Of a stretch of DNA of 64,000 nt, positions 37,935-50,729 are shown one piece after another. Numbering within the stretch: the stretch's first letter is position 1; every line of letters begins with the position of its first letter. The notes under the pieces were generated by a model. It saw nothing but the letters and a program-made list of their open reading frames with translations. It was not told the DNA's origin and did not search any database. The stretch comes from Octopus vulgaris. Lineage: Eukaryota. The stretch is taken from the NCBI GenBank assembly GCA_951406725.2, contig OX597815.1:129704001-129768000 (forward strand), in the 5' to 3' direction. A program made the position numbers and the translations under genes.

Positions 37935-38947
37935 TAATGGGCTTCTTTCTGTTTCCATCAACCAAATCAACTCAAAAGGCTTTGGTTGGCCCGAGGCTAT
38001 ACTAGAAGACACTTGCTGAAGTGGGACTGAACCCGGAACCATGTGGTTGGTAAGCGAGCTACTTACGATACAGTCACTCCAGTGCCTATAGGTGTAAATA
38101 TTTAAGAAAATGCTATGAAATCCTAATACACAGAATGTGTGTGTGTGTGTGTGTGTGTCGGTCTGTCTGTCTGTCTGTCTATATATAAAATAAAGATGTG
38201 AATATATAAATAAAATATAAATGATATAAGCAGCAGATGTTGAGAAAAATGAAAAAAAGTGTACAAAGTATAAATATGTAAAAAAAAAACCAGATGTCTC
38301 TCCCAAGTCAGTTTGAATCTGTAGTATGTACCATGGTTTTGTTATTATAGTTGTCTGTCTAGTCAAGAACAGGGAGATATCCTTCCAGCCTTCTCATCCT
38401 TGACTCAGTAAAATATCCAGGGTGTGAGAGCTGGAGGAAAAGGGTGATGCTGCACCAGCACCTGGCTGGTATTTATTTCAGGTGAGTAGACTAATGTGAA
38501 ATAGAGTGCCTTGCTCAGAGACACAATGCACTACCCAGCCCAGGAATGCAATATAGTAAATTGGTAAACAGTATCAACATAATCACACATACATATATAT
38601 GTATACAGACATACACACAGAGTAGATTCTACCATTGGTGTCTATGAATGAGGATCTAACAACCAATATTATAACTATTAGACTACCAAACAGATGATTT
38701 ATTTTCTATGGTGAAGGCTTGTGTAATACCAGCCACACACTTTGGAAATACTGATAACAGAAAGTGGGAGCAAATGTTTGATGTAATTTCAATGAGCAAC
38801 ATACTGCAGGCTTTTCTCATCTCCTGGGTTAGCTGCCTTTACCATAGCTTAGAGTCAAACCTACCTTGGTAGTTAAATATGCACGTGGGCACTAAACTAG
38901 AAATTTCTGCACACCCACACATGCACACGTGTACACACGCACGCATG

Positions 38948-38978
<31 letters not shown>

Positions 38979-39262
38979 GGATGAATGTTGACTCTTCTGA
39001 GTTCATTTGTCTCTTGACATGTCTTGCTTTCCATCCCACAGGGTGTCCAAAAACCAGCCCACTCACCAAGCTGGCTAGGTGGTTTAGTCACCAATGGCCC
39101 ACATGACTGAATCATGTACCATATATTTTTTTCTCTCTTATTAAAAGCAAGGAAAACTTTGTAAATATGTTTTAGTAACAATAAAGAGGTAGAAAAAAAA
39201 AAGCAACAACTAGAAAAAGAAGCAATAAGCAATATTTGACAAATATAATTAGAAATTCTAAC

Positions 39263-39395
39263 CTGATCCTTCAGAGCCTGGCTGGACTAGTTTAGTGTGG
39301 GGACGGATATTTTTATGACCGGAATGTTTACATTCTTCAGGTGGTGGTTTTGGAGGTAAGAATTTTGGTTCTGATTCGGCGTTTAAAGCAGGAGG
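39263..39395 (-). CDS. ARMC2: ARMC2 coding exon 3
   Basis: PPALNAESEPKFLPPKPPPEECKHSGHKNIRPHTKLVQPGSEGS contains the PKPP motif. Acceptor tacag, donor gttag; 133 nt, phase 0 to 1. Confidence 0.8.
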
Positions 39396-39676
39396 CTGTA
39401 ATTATATTTACCTTAAAGTGTTAGACTTCAAACAATCAAATAAAAGGACCATCATTATCATCGTTTTATGTTCACTTTTCCATGGGTTGGGCGAAGTTTG
39501 CTGAGGATGATTTTCTATGGTTGGATGCCCTTCCTGTCACCTGCCCTCACCTGTTCCCAAGCAAGTTAATATTTCACTATGGTCAGACATCCTTTCACAA
39601 AATACTAGAAATGACTGGAACTGTTTCTTTGACAGTGACACTCATTTACAACTATCACATGATATCAAGATAAGGT

Positions 39677-39711
<35 letters not shown>

Positions 39712-40594
39712 TGTGAGTGATCACGAGTACAACACCCTAGCCACCAGACCATGTGCCTTCACTCTATATAACATGCTTCTTTCAGTTTCCATTTATCAAA
39801 TCCACTCACAAGGCTTTGGTTGGTCAGGGGCTATAGTAGAAATGACTCAATGATTTTTGCACATAATCTCCCTAAATCACAGAGATGAGATCATCCATGT
39901 AGCTTTGAGATTTTTACGATGCAATTGCTTATTTTTAGAAGGATACTGAGAGATAGGTGTGAGAGGCTGGATCTGGCTGGTTTTGAACATAAAACAAGTA
40001 GAATATTTAGGCTGGATATGACCAGTCTGAATGCTGAAGGGTTAAAGGAGTACTACTACAGCTGTGTAAGTTTATCAAAAATGACCAACTTATACAAATG
40101 AGTAACCTAAAATATAAACTGACACACAACATACCAAAGGGAATCTTGAGCTTTAAGACGTGACACAAATTTGTGGTATTATAACTCAAGACACTATAAT
40201 CTCTGTCAAGCAACGAATTAAATCTTGAGATAAAATTATAAATCACTCACTGAAAAGCAAGAGTGAATTTTCAAAATGAAAGCATAAAATAAATATCTTA
40301 AGAATGTTAATGAGACAAAAGTCAAACAGACAGTACACCAGTAATCACTATATAAAGTTTATGACCAACAAGATCTAATGAAAAAAAAAAGAACAAAGAA
40401 ACAAAACAAAACAAAAAGTATACCACAGAAGAAAAAGCTTATAAGTTTCCGTTAAAAATAATGTTCAAAAGTTTCACGGAGTATCCAGTTCACCTGAAAA
40501 CTACATTTATTTACAAACTTAGAGTAATAACTAAATGACGTCGAATTTTTTATAAAACTTAAAATAAGTATATATATATATATATATATATAAG

Positions 40595-41403
40595 CGCCCT
40601 GAGAGAAAAGTTGGACTTAAGAAACATCAGATGTAGTGTGCAAGAGAGACGACTGCACTGGTATGGTCAGGTGTTGCAAATGGATGAGGACAGCTGTGTG
40701 AAAAAGTGTCACACCCTAGCAGTTGAGGGAACCTGTGGAAGAAGTAGACCCAGGAAGACCTGGGATGAGGTGGTGAAGCACGACCTTTGAACATTGGGCC
40801 TCACCGTGGCAATGACAAGTGACCGCGACCTTTGGAGATATGCTGTGCTTGAGAAAACCCTGCAAATTAAGTGAGATCATAACCGTGGCTTTTGCTGTAT
40901 AATCAGCCCATTTAAGAGTACCCTTCAATCATTGGACGATAAGCTATGCTTGCAAAGACCTGTTAAGGCAAGTGAAATCACTGTCGTGGCCAATGACAGT
41001 ATCGCCTGATTGGCACCTGTGCCAGTGGAACATTAAAGTACCATTCGAGTGTGATCATTGCCAGGGCTGCTGACTGGCTCTCGTGCTGGTAGCACATAAA
41101 AAAAAGCACCATTCGAGTGTGGTCGTTGCCAGTGCCACCAGACTGGCTCCTGTGCAGGTGGCATGTAAAAAGCACTATTTGAGCGTGGCTGATACCAGTA
41201 CTGCCTGACTGGCCCTCGTGCTGGTGGCATGTAAAAGTACCCACAACACTCTTGGAGTGGTTGGCGTTAGGAAGGCATCCAGCTGTAGAAACTTTACCAG
41301 ATCAGATTGGAGACTGGTGCAGCCTTCTGGCTCGCCAGCCCTCAGTCAAACTATCCAACCCATGCCAGCATGGAAAGCGGATGTTAAACAATGATGATGA
41401 TGA
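40595..41403 (+). mobile_element. 5'-truncated RTE-clade LINE
   Basis: LREKLDLRNIRCSVQERRLHWYGQVLQMDEDSCVKKCHTLAVEGTCGRSRPRKTWDEVVKHDL, followed by a repeat-containing 3' UTR and (gat)n tail. Confidence 0.9.
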
Positions 41404-41414
41404 TTATATATACA

Positions 41415-42271
41415 CAGCACTGGATTAACCATTAAGCAAAATAAGCACATGCTTAGGGCATGAAAGGAAGAGGGGCTCCTCAGAAATAGTAAATGGTTTA
41501 TGGCACAAAAGAAACTACTTTAAACTTGCTAAAATAATATTCGGGATGCCTTACCTCTACAAAGTATAGAAGCAGATGTTTTATGTAAGATTCATTTTGA
41601 GAATCTGATCACAGATTTTGCAATTAAAAAAGATCAGAGGAAACTTTTCAAATATAGATGAAGTGGAAGTATACAAAAATAAACATTATTTTCCATCTTG
41701 CTGTTAGTTTTGTTTCATCATCACCATCATCATCATCATCGTTTGACATCCACTTTCCATGCTGGCATGGGTTAGATGGTTTGACTGAGGACTGGTGAGC
41801 CAGTGGCTGCTCCAAGCTCAATCTGGTCTGGCAAAGTTTCTACACCTGGATGCCCTTCCTAATGCCAACCACCCTGAGAATGTAGTGGGTGCTTTTTACA
41901 TGCCACCGGCACGAGGCCCAGTCAGGCGGTTCTGTTAAGACCATGCTCACACTCAAAAGGTGTTTTTACATGCTACCTGAACGGGAGCCAGTCCAGCAGC
42001 ACTAGCAACAACCACGCTTGAATGTTGTTTTCACGTGTCACCTGCACATGTGCCAGTAAGGCGACGTTGGCAACGATCATGCTTGAATGGTGCATTTTAC
42101 GTATCACCAGCATGGGAGCCAATCTGTGGCCCTGGCAGCGGTCACACTCGGATGTGCTTTTAACGTTCCACTGGCATGAAATGGTTTATTATTGCTTACA
42201 TTTTGAATTCTATATGGAGGCACCAAAATCTTTTGAGTGTTTAGGACCTCTCTGGTTTTAATCCAGCCCTG
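41415..42271 (+). mobile_element. Internally deleted hAT (Tip100-like) transposon with a nested RTE 3' end
   Basis: TIRs cagcactggatta / taatccagccctg. About 41563-41643 encodes SIEADVLCKIHFENLITDFAIKKDQRK, the end of the hAT C-terminal dimerisation domain. Nested insert at about 41715-42178. Confidence 0.75.
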
Positions 42272-42599
42272 ACTGAGTGGTATCCAACAGATTGGAAAAG
42301 GCCTCCGCAATGATGGGGAAATGATCTAGTTAAGCAATTTGGGTCAACATATGAAAGAATGGTGCAATCAAGACAAAATTGGAAGTGTATTGTGACCAGT
42401 GGTGTATAACATCTGGTGGTTTGGTTGATACTGTGATATATTATCAAAAAAAAATCATCACAGCACACTCCACCGTAATCATGAGTAGCACTTGGCTAAA
42501 GCCCGTAAACTCATAATTTCAGTGATACTGAGCTATAATCAACGATCTCTCTGGACAAAAGCACATCCTTAAAAGAAATAGGACTGCATCCCAGCAGCT

Positions 42600-43050
42600 G
42601 GTCCTTCTTTTCAGAGCCAGGAGGTAACCCCCTCAATAATTATTGATACTCTATAAAGCTCAGATGTGGCCCACAATGGAGCATTGATTTCACATTTGAG
42701 ATGGTGCTGCTCATGCATGCACAACCATTTCAGACTGCATCCAGAAAAGGGCCAGCCAAGTGATCATCATGAAGTCACTCAAAGACATGAACTAGCCTCT
42801 AGACAACAGATATGCTGTCTCTTCTCTGAATGCTTTACTGCAACTATAATTGACTGTCTCTTAGAGCTGGCTGAGCTCAGACTCTCACTTAGGCATTCCC
42901 GTCCTATTCATCTCTCATCATCACCCTTGTTGTGTCTAACCTACCAGGATCCACACTAATCGCTATATTCAGGCCTGCCTCCCTGGAATGCTGCTCCTTT
43001 GAGCTTCCTGCCTAGCTCATATCTTTCTTGCATGTGTTGATTTACTAAGA
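42600..43050 (+). mobile_element. Possible old CR1/Jockey-group LINE ORF2 remnant
   Basis: The fragments DCIQKRASQVI and ctggaatgctg resemble the LE.IQ.RA and WN.LP motifs; heavily decayed. Confidence 0.4.
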
Positions 43051-44043
43051 TTTATAAAGAACATTTATGGCGTCAATCCCACTGGTCTATGATGACCTGC
43101 AAAGGCTATTTTGGGCACTGCTCTTTTCTCTAGACCCAGCAAGTAAATTACATAAATCACACACACACACACATTATTCTAATATTCTGAACACACTATA
43201 TGTAGATGCTGGTCAAGTAGTGGTGTCGATACAATCAACTATTTTACTCATCACAAATTTATGACCTGAGTTATAAATCAATAGGTACATCATTATCATA
43301 ACTTTAATGACTACTTTTCCAAGATTGCATGCACCAGACAGAATATGTCGAGGCAGATTTTCAATGGATGGATGCTCTTTTTGTCACCAACCCTCATCTG
43401 TATTCAAGCAAAATGATATTTACTTGTGGCCAGACATGTTTGTCATGGAAAATTGAAAACAAAGGGCACCACTTGTGTGATGGTGACACTTCTTTACAAC
43501 TATCAAGATTCAAGACAAGATGTACAAACTCCCACATATATATCAGACAACTCCCTTCCCCTCTTTTGTTTATAAATGAGATATTTCTACCTCGGGATCT
43601 TATTTAATTTAATCATCAACATCACCACCATCATCATCATCACCATTGTTTAACATCTGTTTTCCATACTAGCAATGGGTTGGATGGTTTGACAGGTGCC
43701 ACTGAACCAGGGGGCGGCATCAAGCTCCAACATTTGCTTCGGATTGTTTCCCACTGTTGGATGCCCTTTCTAACACTAACCACTTCACAGAGTATACTGG
43801 GTGCTTTTTACATGGCACCAGCAACCTGAGGTCCCCAAGTAACTCAGAAGATAAGACCCCTCAAATGAGGGGTGGGGTGTAGTATTGAGGGATGTGGCTT
43901 TATCATTGTTTAATTAAGAAATTGATCACTTCAATCGAATAAATTATTTATTGTTGATATAAAATTTTTAAAAAAAACTTGTGATATTTTCTGGCAATGC
44001 AAGAAAAAACATTTAAATAATAATTTGTTCTTGTTTTACTTAC

Positions 44044-44116
44044 ATTGTTGATGGGAGAGAGTCTGGTTCCAGAGACTGGCCGAGATTCCCAGCCTTCAAA
44101 ATGACGGGAGCCGATA
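44044..44116 (-). CDS. ARMC2: ARMC2 coding exon 2
   Basis: (S)IGSRHFEGWESRPVSGTRLSPINN carries the conserved SRP.SGTRLSP motif. Acceptor taag, donor gtaagt; 73 nt, phase 2 to 0. Confidence 0.92.
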
Positions 44117-44939
44117 CTTAAAAAGACAATATAAATAATAAATTACATTAATACTAATTAACAAAATATTACTGGAAGAAAAGAAAGAAAGAAGTATTAA
44201 AAGATCAAATTATTGAGACCCCCACCTCCCATAGCTATCTTACCAAGGAAACAAAGAAAAAGAAAAAAAAATGAGAGGTGTATTAAGCAACAGAAGATGG
44301 TGGGGGAGGGAGTAATGGGTTGTGCCATGTCTTGCAGATGTGATTGCAAAGGTGTTGCTGCAGAGAATAAACATTGACCAACCCCGAAGGGCAGGGTGGC
44401 TGGTGGCTGTTGCCACCCTACCTTGCGGGGCTCATTTCTCAGATGAGCCTCAATTATCCCGATTCTGTGGAGGAAATCAACAATGCAGGGTTCCAACAAT
44501 ACCTGAGGTCTCAACAACAGTGACTGGAACAAACTGATAGTAGCTGATCAGGCTCATGTATTTGTTTATTTTGCTCTCCTCTGCATTACAGGCAGCAACA
44601 GCAAATTGCAATAAATTATATCACCACTCTGGTTTGTATTTGTTTTATTTTCTTTTTCATTTGTTGCAGAGAAAAGTGTTTGATTGTGTTTCAATCTTCT
44701 GTGGTTGAAAGCAAGCTGGAGAGACAAATTAGGTATACGGAAAGAGAGAGAGAGAGAAAGAGAGAGAATATATCACAGAGGTCATGAGTGAAAGAGAGAA
44801 ACAAAAAAAAAACAAAGATTTTGAGGGGGAGAGGGAGAGGGGCAGACAGTGTGAAGAAGGTTTCTCCAATAAGGGAGAAACCTAAAATTAGTGAGGTACA
44901 TAATAAAGATGGGAGAAGTAAATTGGTGAGAAAAGGTAA

Positions 44940-45680
44940 TGAGAAAAGGAGAGAAAAAGAGAGTGAAGAGAGGAAGAGAGAGAGTGAAGAGAGGAAGATA
45001 GAGAGTGAAGAGAGGGAGAGAGAGAGTGAAGAGAGGGAGAGAGAGTGGAGAGAGTGGAGAGAGAGAGAAAGAGAGTGGAGAGAGAGAGAAAGAGAGTGGA
45101 GAGAGAGAGAGAAAGAGAGTGGAGAGAGAGAGAGAAAGAGAGTGGAGAGAAAGAGAGAAAGAGAGTGGAGAGAGAGAGTGAGAGAAAGAGAGTGGAGAGA
45201 GAAAGAGAGTGGAGAGAGAAAGAGAGTGGAGAGAGAAAGAGAGTGGAGAGAGAGAGAAAGAGAGTGGAGAGAGAGAGAGAGAGAGAGAGTGGAGAGAGAG
45301 AGAGAGTGGAGAGAGAGAGTGGAGAGAGAGAGTGACAGAAAGAGAGTGGAGAGAGAGTGTGGAGAGAGAAAGAGAGTGGAGAGAGAAAGAGAGTGGAGAC
45401 TGAAAGAGAGTGGAGACAGAAAGAGAGAGGAGACAGAAAGAGAGAGAGTGAGAAAAAGTGGAGAGAGAGAGAGAAAGAGAGTGGAGAGAGGGGAGAGAGA
45501 AAGAGAGTGGAGAGAGAGAAAGAGTGGAGAGAGATAGAAAGAGTGGAGAGAGAGAGAAAGAGAGTGGAGAGAGAGAAAGAGAGTGGAGAGAGAGAAAGAG
45601 AGTGGAGAGAGAGAAAGAGAGTGGAGAGAGAGAAAGAGAGTGGAGAGAGAAAGAGAGTGAGAGAGAGAGAGAAAGAGAGT

Positions 45681-45733
<53 letters not shown>

Positions 45734-45948
45734 GAGAGAGAGAGTGAGAGAAAGAGAGAGTGAGAGAAAGAGAGTGGAGAGAGAGAGTGTGGAGAGAGAG
45801 AGTGTGGAGAGAGAAAGAGAGTGGAGAGAGAAAGAGAGTGGAGAGAGAAAGTGGAGAGAGAGAGAAAGAGAGTGGGGAGAGAGAAAGAGAGTGGAGAGAG
45901 AGAAAGAGAGTGGAGAGAGAGAAAGAGAGTGGAGAGAGAGAAAGAGAG

Positions 45949-45997
<49 letters not shown>

Positions 45998-46263
45998 TGG
46001 AGAGAGAGAGAGAAAGAGAGTGGAGAGAGAGAGAGAAAGAGAGTGGAGAGAGAGAGAAAGAGAGTGGAGAGAGAGAGAGAGAAAGAGAGTGGGGAGAGAG
46101 ATAAAGAGAGTGGAGAGAGAGAGAAAGAGAGTGGAGAGAGAGAGAGAAAGAGAGTGGAAAGAGAGAGAGAGAAAGAGAGTGGAGAGAGAGAGAGAGAAAA
46201 AGAGTGAAGAGAGAGAAAGAGAGTGAAGAGAGAGAGAAAGAGAGTGAAGAGAGAGAGAGAGGA
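44940..46263. repeat. 1.3-kb polypurine (GA)n-derived compound satellite
   Basis: Almost pure purine on +, with the recurring unit (ga)n-aa-gagagtg. It generates spurious ER-rich and SL-rich ORFs. Confidence 0.97.
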
Positions 46264-47529
46264 GTCAATGAAAAACAGGTAAAAGAAAGCAGAATATCAA
46301 CAATGATAGAGAGAGAGAAGAGCGAGTAGAGAGACATGGAGTTATTAAAAGACAAGAGGAGAGAATGATTTATTGCCAGAAGAGAAAGGTAAAGAAACAA
46401 ACATGATTTATCTTTCTTTGTGTAAACAATAATTTCTTTTAACTAGGCACAATGCCAATTTTCACTGGAGATAAAGTATAAGCAATTGAATTATCCCTTG
46501 TACCTTCCTGACCCAAATCTGGGGTGGAAATGTACAAAAGTCAAAAAGTTAAACCCATCCCCTGGCACAGTTTCACTCTAGAATCTTGAAGAGGGCAAAA
46601 CTAACAGGTGTAATGTTGCAATTCCTAACCCCTTTATTGTTGTTTTAGTCCCTTTATCTAATTTTGTTTCAGTCCTTTTATCTTAATTATTCGGCTCTGG
46701 CATTGCATGTATGACACCTTGTTTGACAAGTGTCTTCTACCATAGCATCCAGCTAACCAAAGCCCTGTGAGAGGATTTGATAGATGGAAATTACAAGAAG
46801 CCTGTCATGTGTGTGTACGTCTATTTGTCCCCCACCACTGCTTGACAACAGTGTTGGTGCATTTATGTTTGTAACTTAGTGGTTTGCCAAATAGAACCAA
46901 TAGACTATGCACCAGACTTAAAAGAAAAAAAGAAAAATAAGTACTGAGTCAATTTGTTTGGCTAAAATTCTTCAAGGTGGTGCCTCAGAATGGCTGCAGT
47001 CTAATGACTGAAAGAATAAAAAAAACTATCTATATAGGAATGAAAGTTCTAACCAAGGACTACCTGTCACTGAGGAGCTGACACATAAGCTGAAACATCA
47101 GTGTCTGATGGTCCACTGACATCATTCAGGGCAAGCCATATTTTAAACACACAAAGTCTCACAAGAGAAGATTCTCTGAGACACAACCCTATCAGCCATC
47201 CAAAAACAAAAAATAAATCAAAAAAATAAAAACCTTAGTGCTTTCTATGGTTGTTCATATTTCATAAATTATATACACATCATTCTAATATAATGCTGTT
47301 TTAAGTGCATATATTGGTTTACAGGTTTTTGTAATTTTCCATGTGAAGTGTGACAGTATATTTCTTTTTATTCAATCTTTAGTGCATCACAAATTCATAA
47401 AAATTGAAACTCCATCCCAAAAAGCCAAACAAACAAAAAAAAAATAATAAAAAACGACTTTGATCCAATTTTGAAAAAATAAAAACTATTGGCATTTTTT
47501 TCAGCAACTATTTAGACTAACAATATTAC

Positions 47530-47732
47530 CTGTAGGTACTAGCAGGTCGAGCTTCCCGGCTGCGATTGCTCATCTCACCAAACAAAGTTCGTTTTTCATC
47601 TCGAGGTGTAAAAGGCCTCTTTGTAGATAAAGACCGTAGCGTCTTTTTCGCATCTCGAATTATATCAGCACTAGTTCGGCGATGCTCAAGATTTCGGTAG
47701 AATGGAAATTGGTTGGAATTTTTTGCTTCCAT
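47530..47732 (-). CDS. ARMC2: ARMC2 coding exon 1 (start codon)
   Basis: MEAKNSNQFPFYRNLEHRRTSADIIRDAKKTLRSLSTKRPFTPRDEKRTLFGEMSNRSREARPASTY resembles the recalled ARMC2 N-terminus (PFY..TSAEII.EAR..LR....RPFTP....LFG). The acceptor cag|G immediately precedes the ATG; donor gtaata; ends in phase 2. Confidence 0.92.
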
Positions 47733-47804
47733 CCTGTTTTTGCAAAAGTAAAACAAAAAATAAAAGTTATTTTATATTGTAATGTATGTGGTGTGAGTTA
47801 TAAG

Positions 47805-48031
47805 CTAACCCTTTCAATATTATATTTCTGACGAAATACTTCACCTTCATTTCAATTAATTTTTAAAATATAATGAATTTAGTAAACTAACTTTTTTTTA
47901 TTATCAAGTTGGTGTTTGGAGTATAAATATAAAATTTTGATGAAAGATTTTAATTTAGATCACTTTAAGACAGGAAGTTTGTATAATAATACCGAGGGTG
48001 GTCACAGGTGGAATGGTATCGAGAGGGTTAA
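47805..48031. mobile_element. piggyBac-type MITE copy
   Basis: ctaa-cccttt ... gaggg-ttaa ends; the body is homologous to 27151-27378. Confidence 0.65.
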
Positions 48032-50024
48032 ATCCATGTCATGGCTACTCATCTAAAAGGGCAGTTTCTTCAAATATGAACTGATGCAGTGTAAAGAGGA
48101 CCGTTTAGTCCTCTTTGACATAGCTATCTCTCTAGTGCCAGTAGCATGTTGAAATAAACCCAGTACACTTTGTAAAATGGTTAGCAAAAGGAAGAGCACT
48201 CAGCTACAGAAAATGTGCCAAAAACCAGAATGTGACAGAAGGGTAGATTCCATTAGGTGCATTGCAGGCAAACTGTCCAGGAGGGCAGTGATTCAGAATA
48301 AGAAAGGATACAGGTTAGAAAGAGCTCTTTAGAGTTTCTTACATGGGATAATCTATGATAAAATACAATAAGCTAATAATGGTGTCTCTATGTGGTTGCT
48401 AGAACTGCTAAAAACAACAGCTAGATCTCCTTCAAAATACATCTTGCTATCTTAAAAAAATGACGTTGGATAACATTGCAATAGGTTCCTTGCATATAAG
48501 ATGAGATGGTTATGGCTCAAATGCTTGAACAAGGCTGACCTGGGGTTAAACAACAACAAACAATCCTGTCTTAGTTGCTTTGTGTCCAAAATAACAAGGA
48601 CCTTCTAAACCATATAAGAATGGAGAATCATTATTTAATGTCCATTCTCCATGCCAGCATGGACTGGACGATTTGGCAGGATCTGATGAGATGTAAGACT
48701 ATCATGAGTTCCAATGTCAGCTTTGGCATGGTTTCTATATATCTGGAAGCCCTTTCTAACACTATTAACTTTACAGAGTATACTGCATGCCTTTTCTCTT
48801 GAAATGGATGTAACATGGTGATAATGACAATGATAATAGTGATGATGTCTTATCATAGAACAATTTAAGATAAAAAGTGTACAGGGAAGTTGTATTAATA
48901 ACCAAATGATTGTGTTTCTACCCAATTATTTTTGGCTCGTTTAATCAAGTTTAGTATAACCACATACATAACCTGCTTCTAAGTCGATCAAGTATTTATT
49001 ATACGACAAAAGAATTTATAACAAAGCTATTTTTGACTGCACATATTTTCATTGATTTTCTTTGTTTCTTTGTTTTTTTTTTATTGTTCTGTATAATGTT
49101 GCTTCAGACACAAAGAATCTTTCTCAAGGACGAAATAACAACTACAGCAAGAACTAATGATATGATGAATGTTGGTGTAGCAAAGGATTTTTAGGGGCGC
49201 TTTTTGAGGATATGTAACTGAAGCTGATAAAAATCTCCACAAATATTCTCTCCCTCTCACTTCTACTTGCCTTGTATTTTGAGGGGCCACTCAAACACCT
49301 CATCACTTCCCAACTCCACTCCCACTCTTCTAAAATGTGAATAACCATGTTGCTCCTTTAAGCAAGAAAGTTGTTGTACTCTGGCCCCTTCTATTATACT
49401 TAGTAGTAGCTGTTCTACTCTGGCCCCTTCTATCATACTTTAACCCCATCATCTCTTAGCACAATCAAAGGTCTTTCTGAAGCCAACTAGCTTCTTCCCC
49501 TTTCTGTCTACTAAATCTACCCAAAGGCATTGATCAGTCTGGAGCTACACTAGAAGACACTTGCCACAGTGACATGCTGTGGGACTGAACCTAAAACCAT
49601 ATGGCTGAGCAGTAAAATTCTTACTATACAGCCACACCCGTGGCTATTGATGAAGCAAAACCCTTAATTGCCAAAAGGGTAAAAGAGGTAAGTGAAAGAA
49701 AGGAAATTACAGTTGCATCAATAAAAATAGTGGGAAAAATTGTATCAAATTAGGTGCTACATTGAATTTGGGTTCAACCAGGATGTGGAACCATAGATAA
49801 TATTTCTAATGGCACAAATACAAAAACAAATTTGTGGATAAAATCAAACAGCTTAGTTTTGAATTTTGATTGATAGATCTTTATTAGGTATAGCCATGGC
49901 TGTGTAGTTAAAAAGATTGCATTGCAACCATATGTGCACCTGGGCAACACCTTAGACAAGTGTCTTTAAATAAAGCTTTGGGATGACCAATGCCTTGAGA
50001 GTGAATTTGGTAAATGGAAACTGT

Positions 50025-50065
<41 letters not shown>

Positions 50066-50147
50066 TAGTGTGTGTGTGTTTTGTCCCAAGAGACTTATAG
50101 AATAAGTACCAGGCCCTTCTAAGCAATGGCCCAACATGGCTGTAGCC

Positions 50148-50729
50148 CAGGGTTTGCCAAACTTTTTTGACCATTGCCTCTTTTGGCCACTTCTTCTGCA
50201 TCGACCCCACTTTAGCCATTTCTCCTTCTGCATCTCCCCCCCTTTAGCCAATTCTACTTCTGCATCAATTACCATCCTCATTTAAAATATCTTAATACCC
50301 AACCCTGCCGTTCCATATCTTAAATATGTACTAGGGTAATGATGCTGGCAATTAAAATGTTAGCTAAAATATACATGTACGACAAATTAAGAAATTCTAT
50401 TGAAGATGACACATTTTTTTTACATTTAAAACTACGTGTACAAGTATACAGTATTAAACTTGCAATTTTTATGAAATTGTTTCCATGGTTAGAAAATGTG
50501 AAAAACGCATCATATGGCTGGAATACCTTTTATTGAAATTGACAACAATATGAGGTATGAGCATTGTGCTGACTAAGTATTTCAAGCAGTTCATCTGAGT
50601 GAGCTGGTCTTTCACACACCAACCCCCATTTAACCCGTTGGCTATCATCAACCCCTTGGACATCATTGACCCCCTGTAATTCCTTGCCGACCCCTAGAGA
50701 GTCCCTCATACTCCCTTTAACAATCCCTG
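50148..50729. mobile_element. hAT-type MITE inserted into a SINE tail
   Basis: Ends caggg...ccctg and an 8-bp TSD ctgtagcc / ctgtagtc. The SINE A tail resumes exactly after the insert (aatgactgaaacaag). Confidence 0.8.

Noticed and set aside
37860-38366. 168-aa ORF and similar SINE/microsatellite-spanning ORFs throughout the window
   Set aside because: They are built from SINE bodies and (CA)n/(TA)n repeats and have no coding signature.
44691-46400. 569-aa Ser/Leu ORF and overlapping Glu/Arg-rich ORFs
   Set aside because: These are translations of a GA microsatellite that lacks stop codons by composition.
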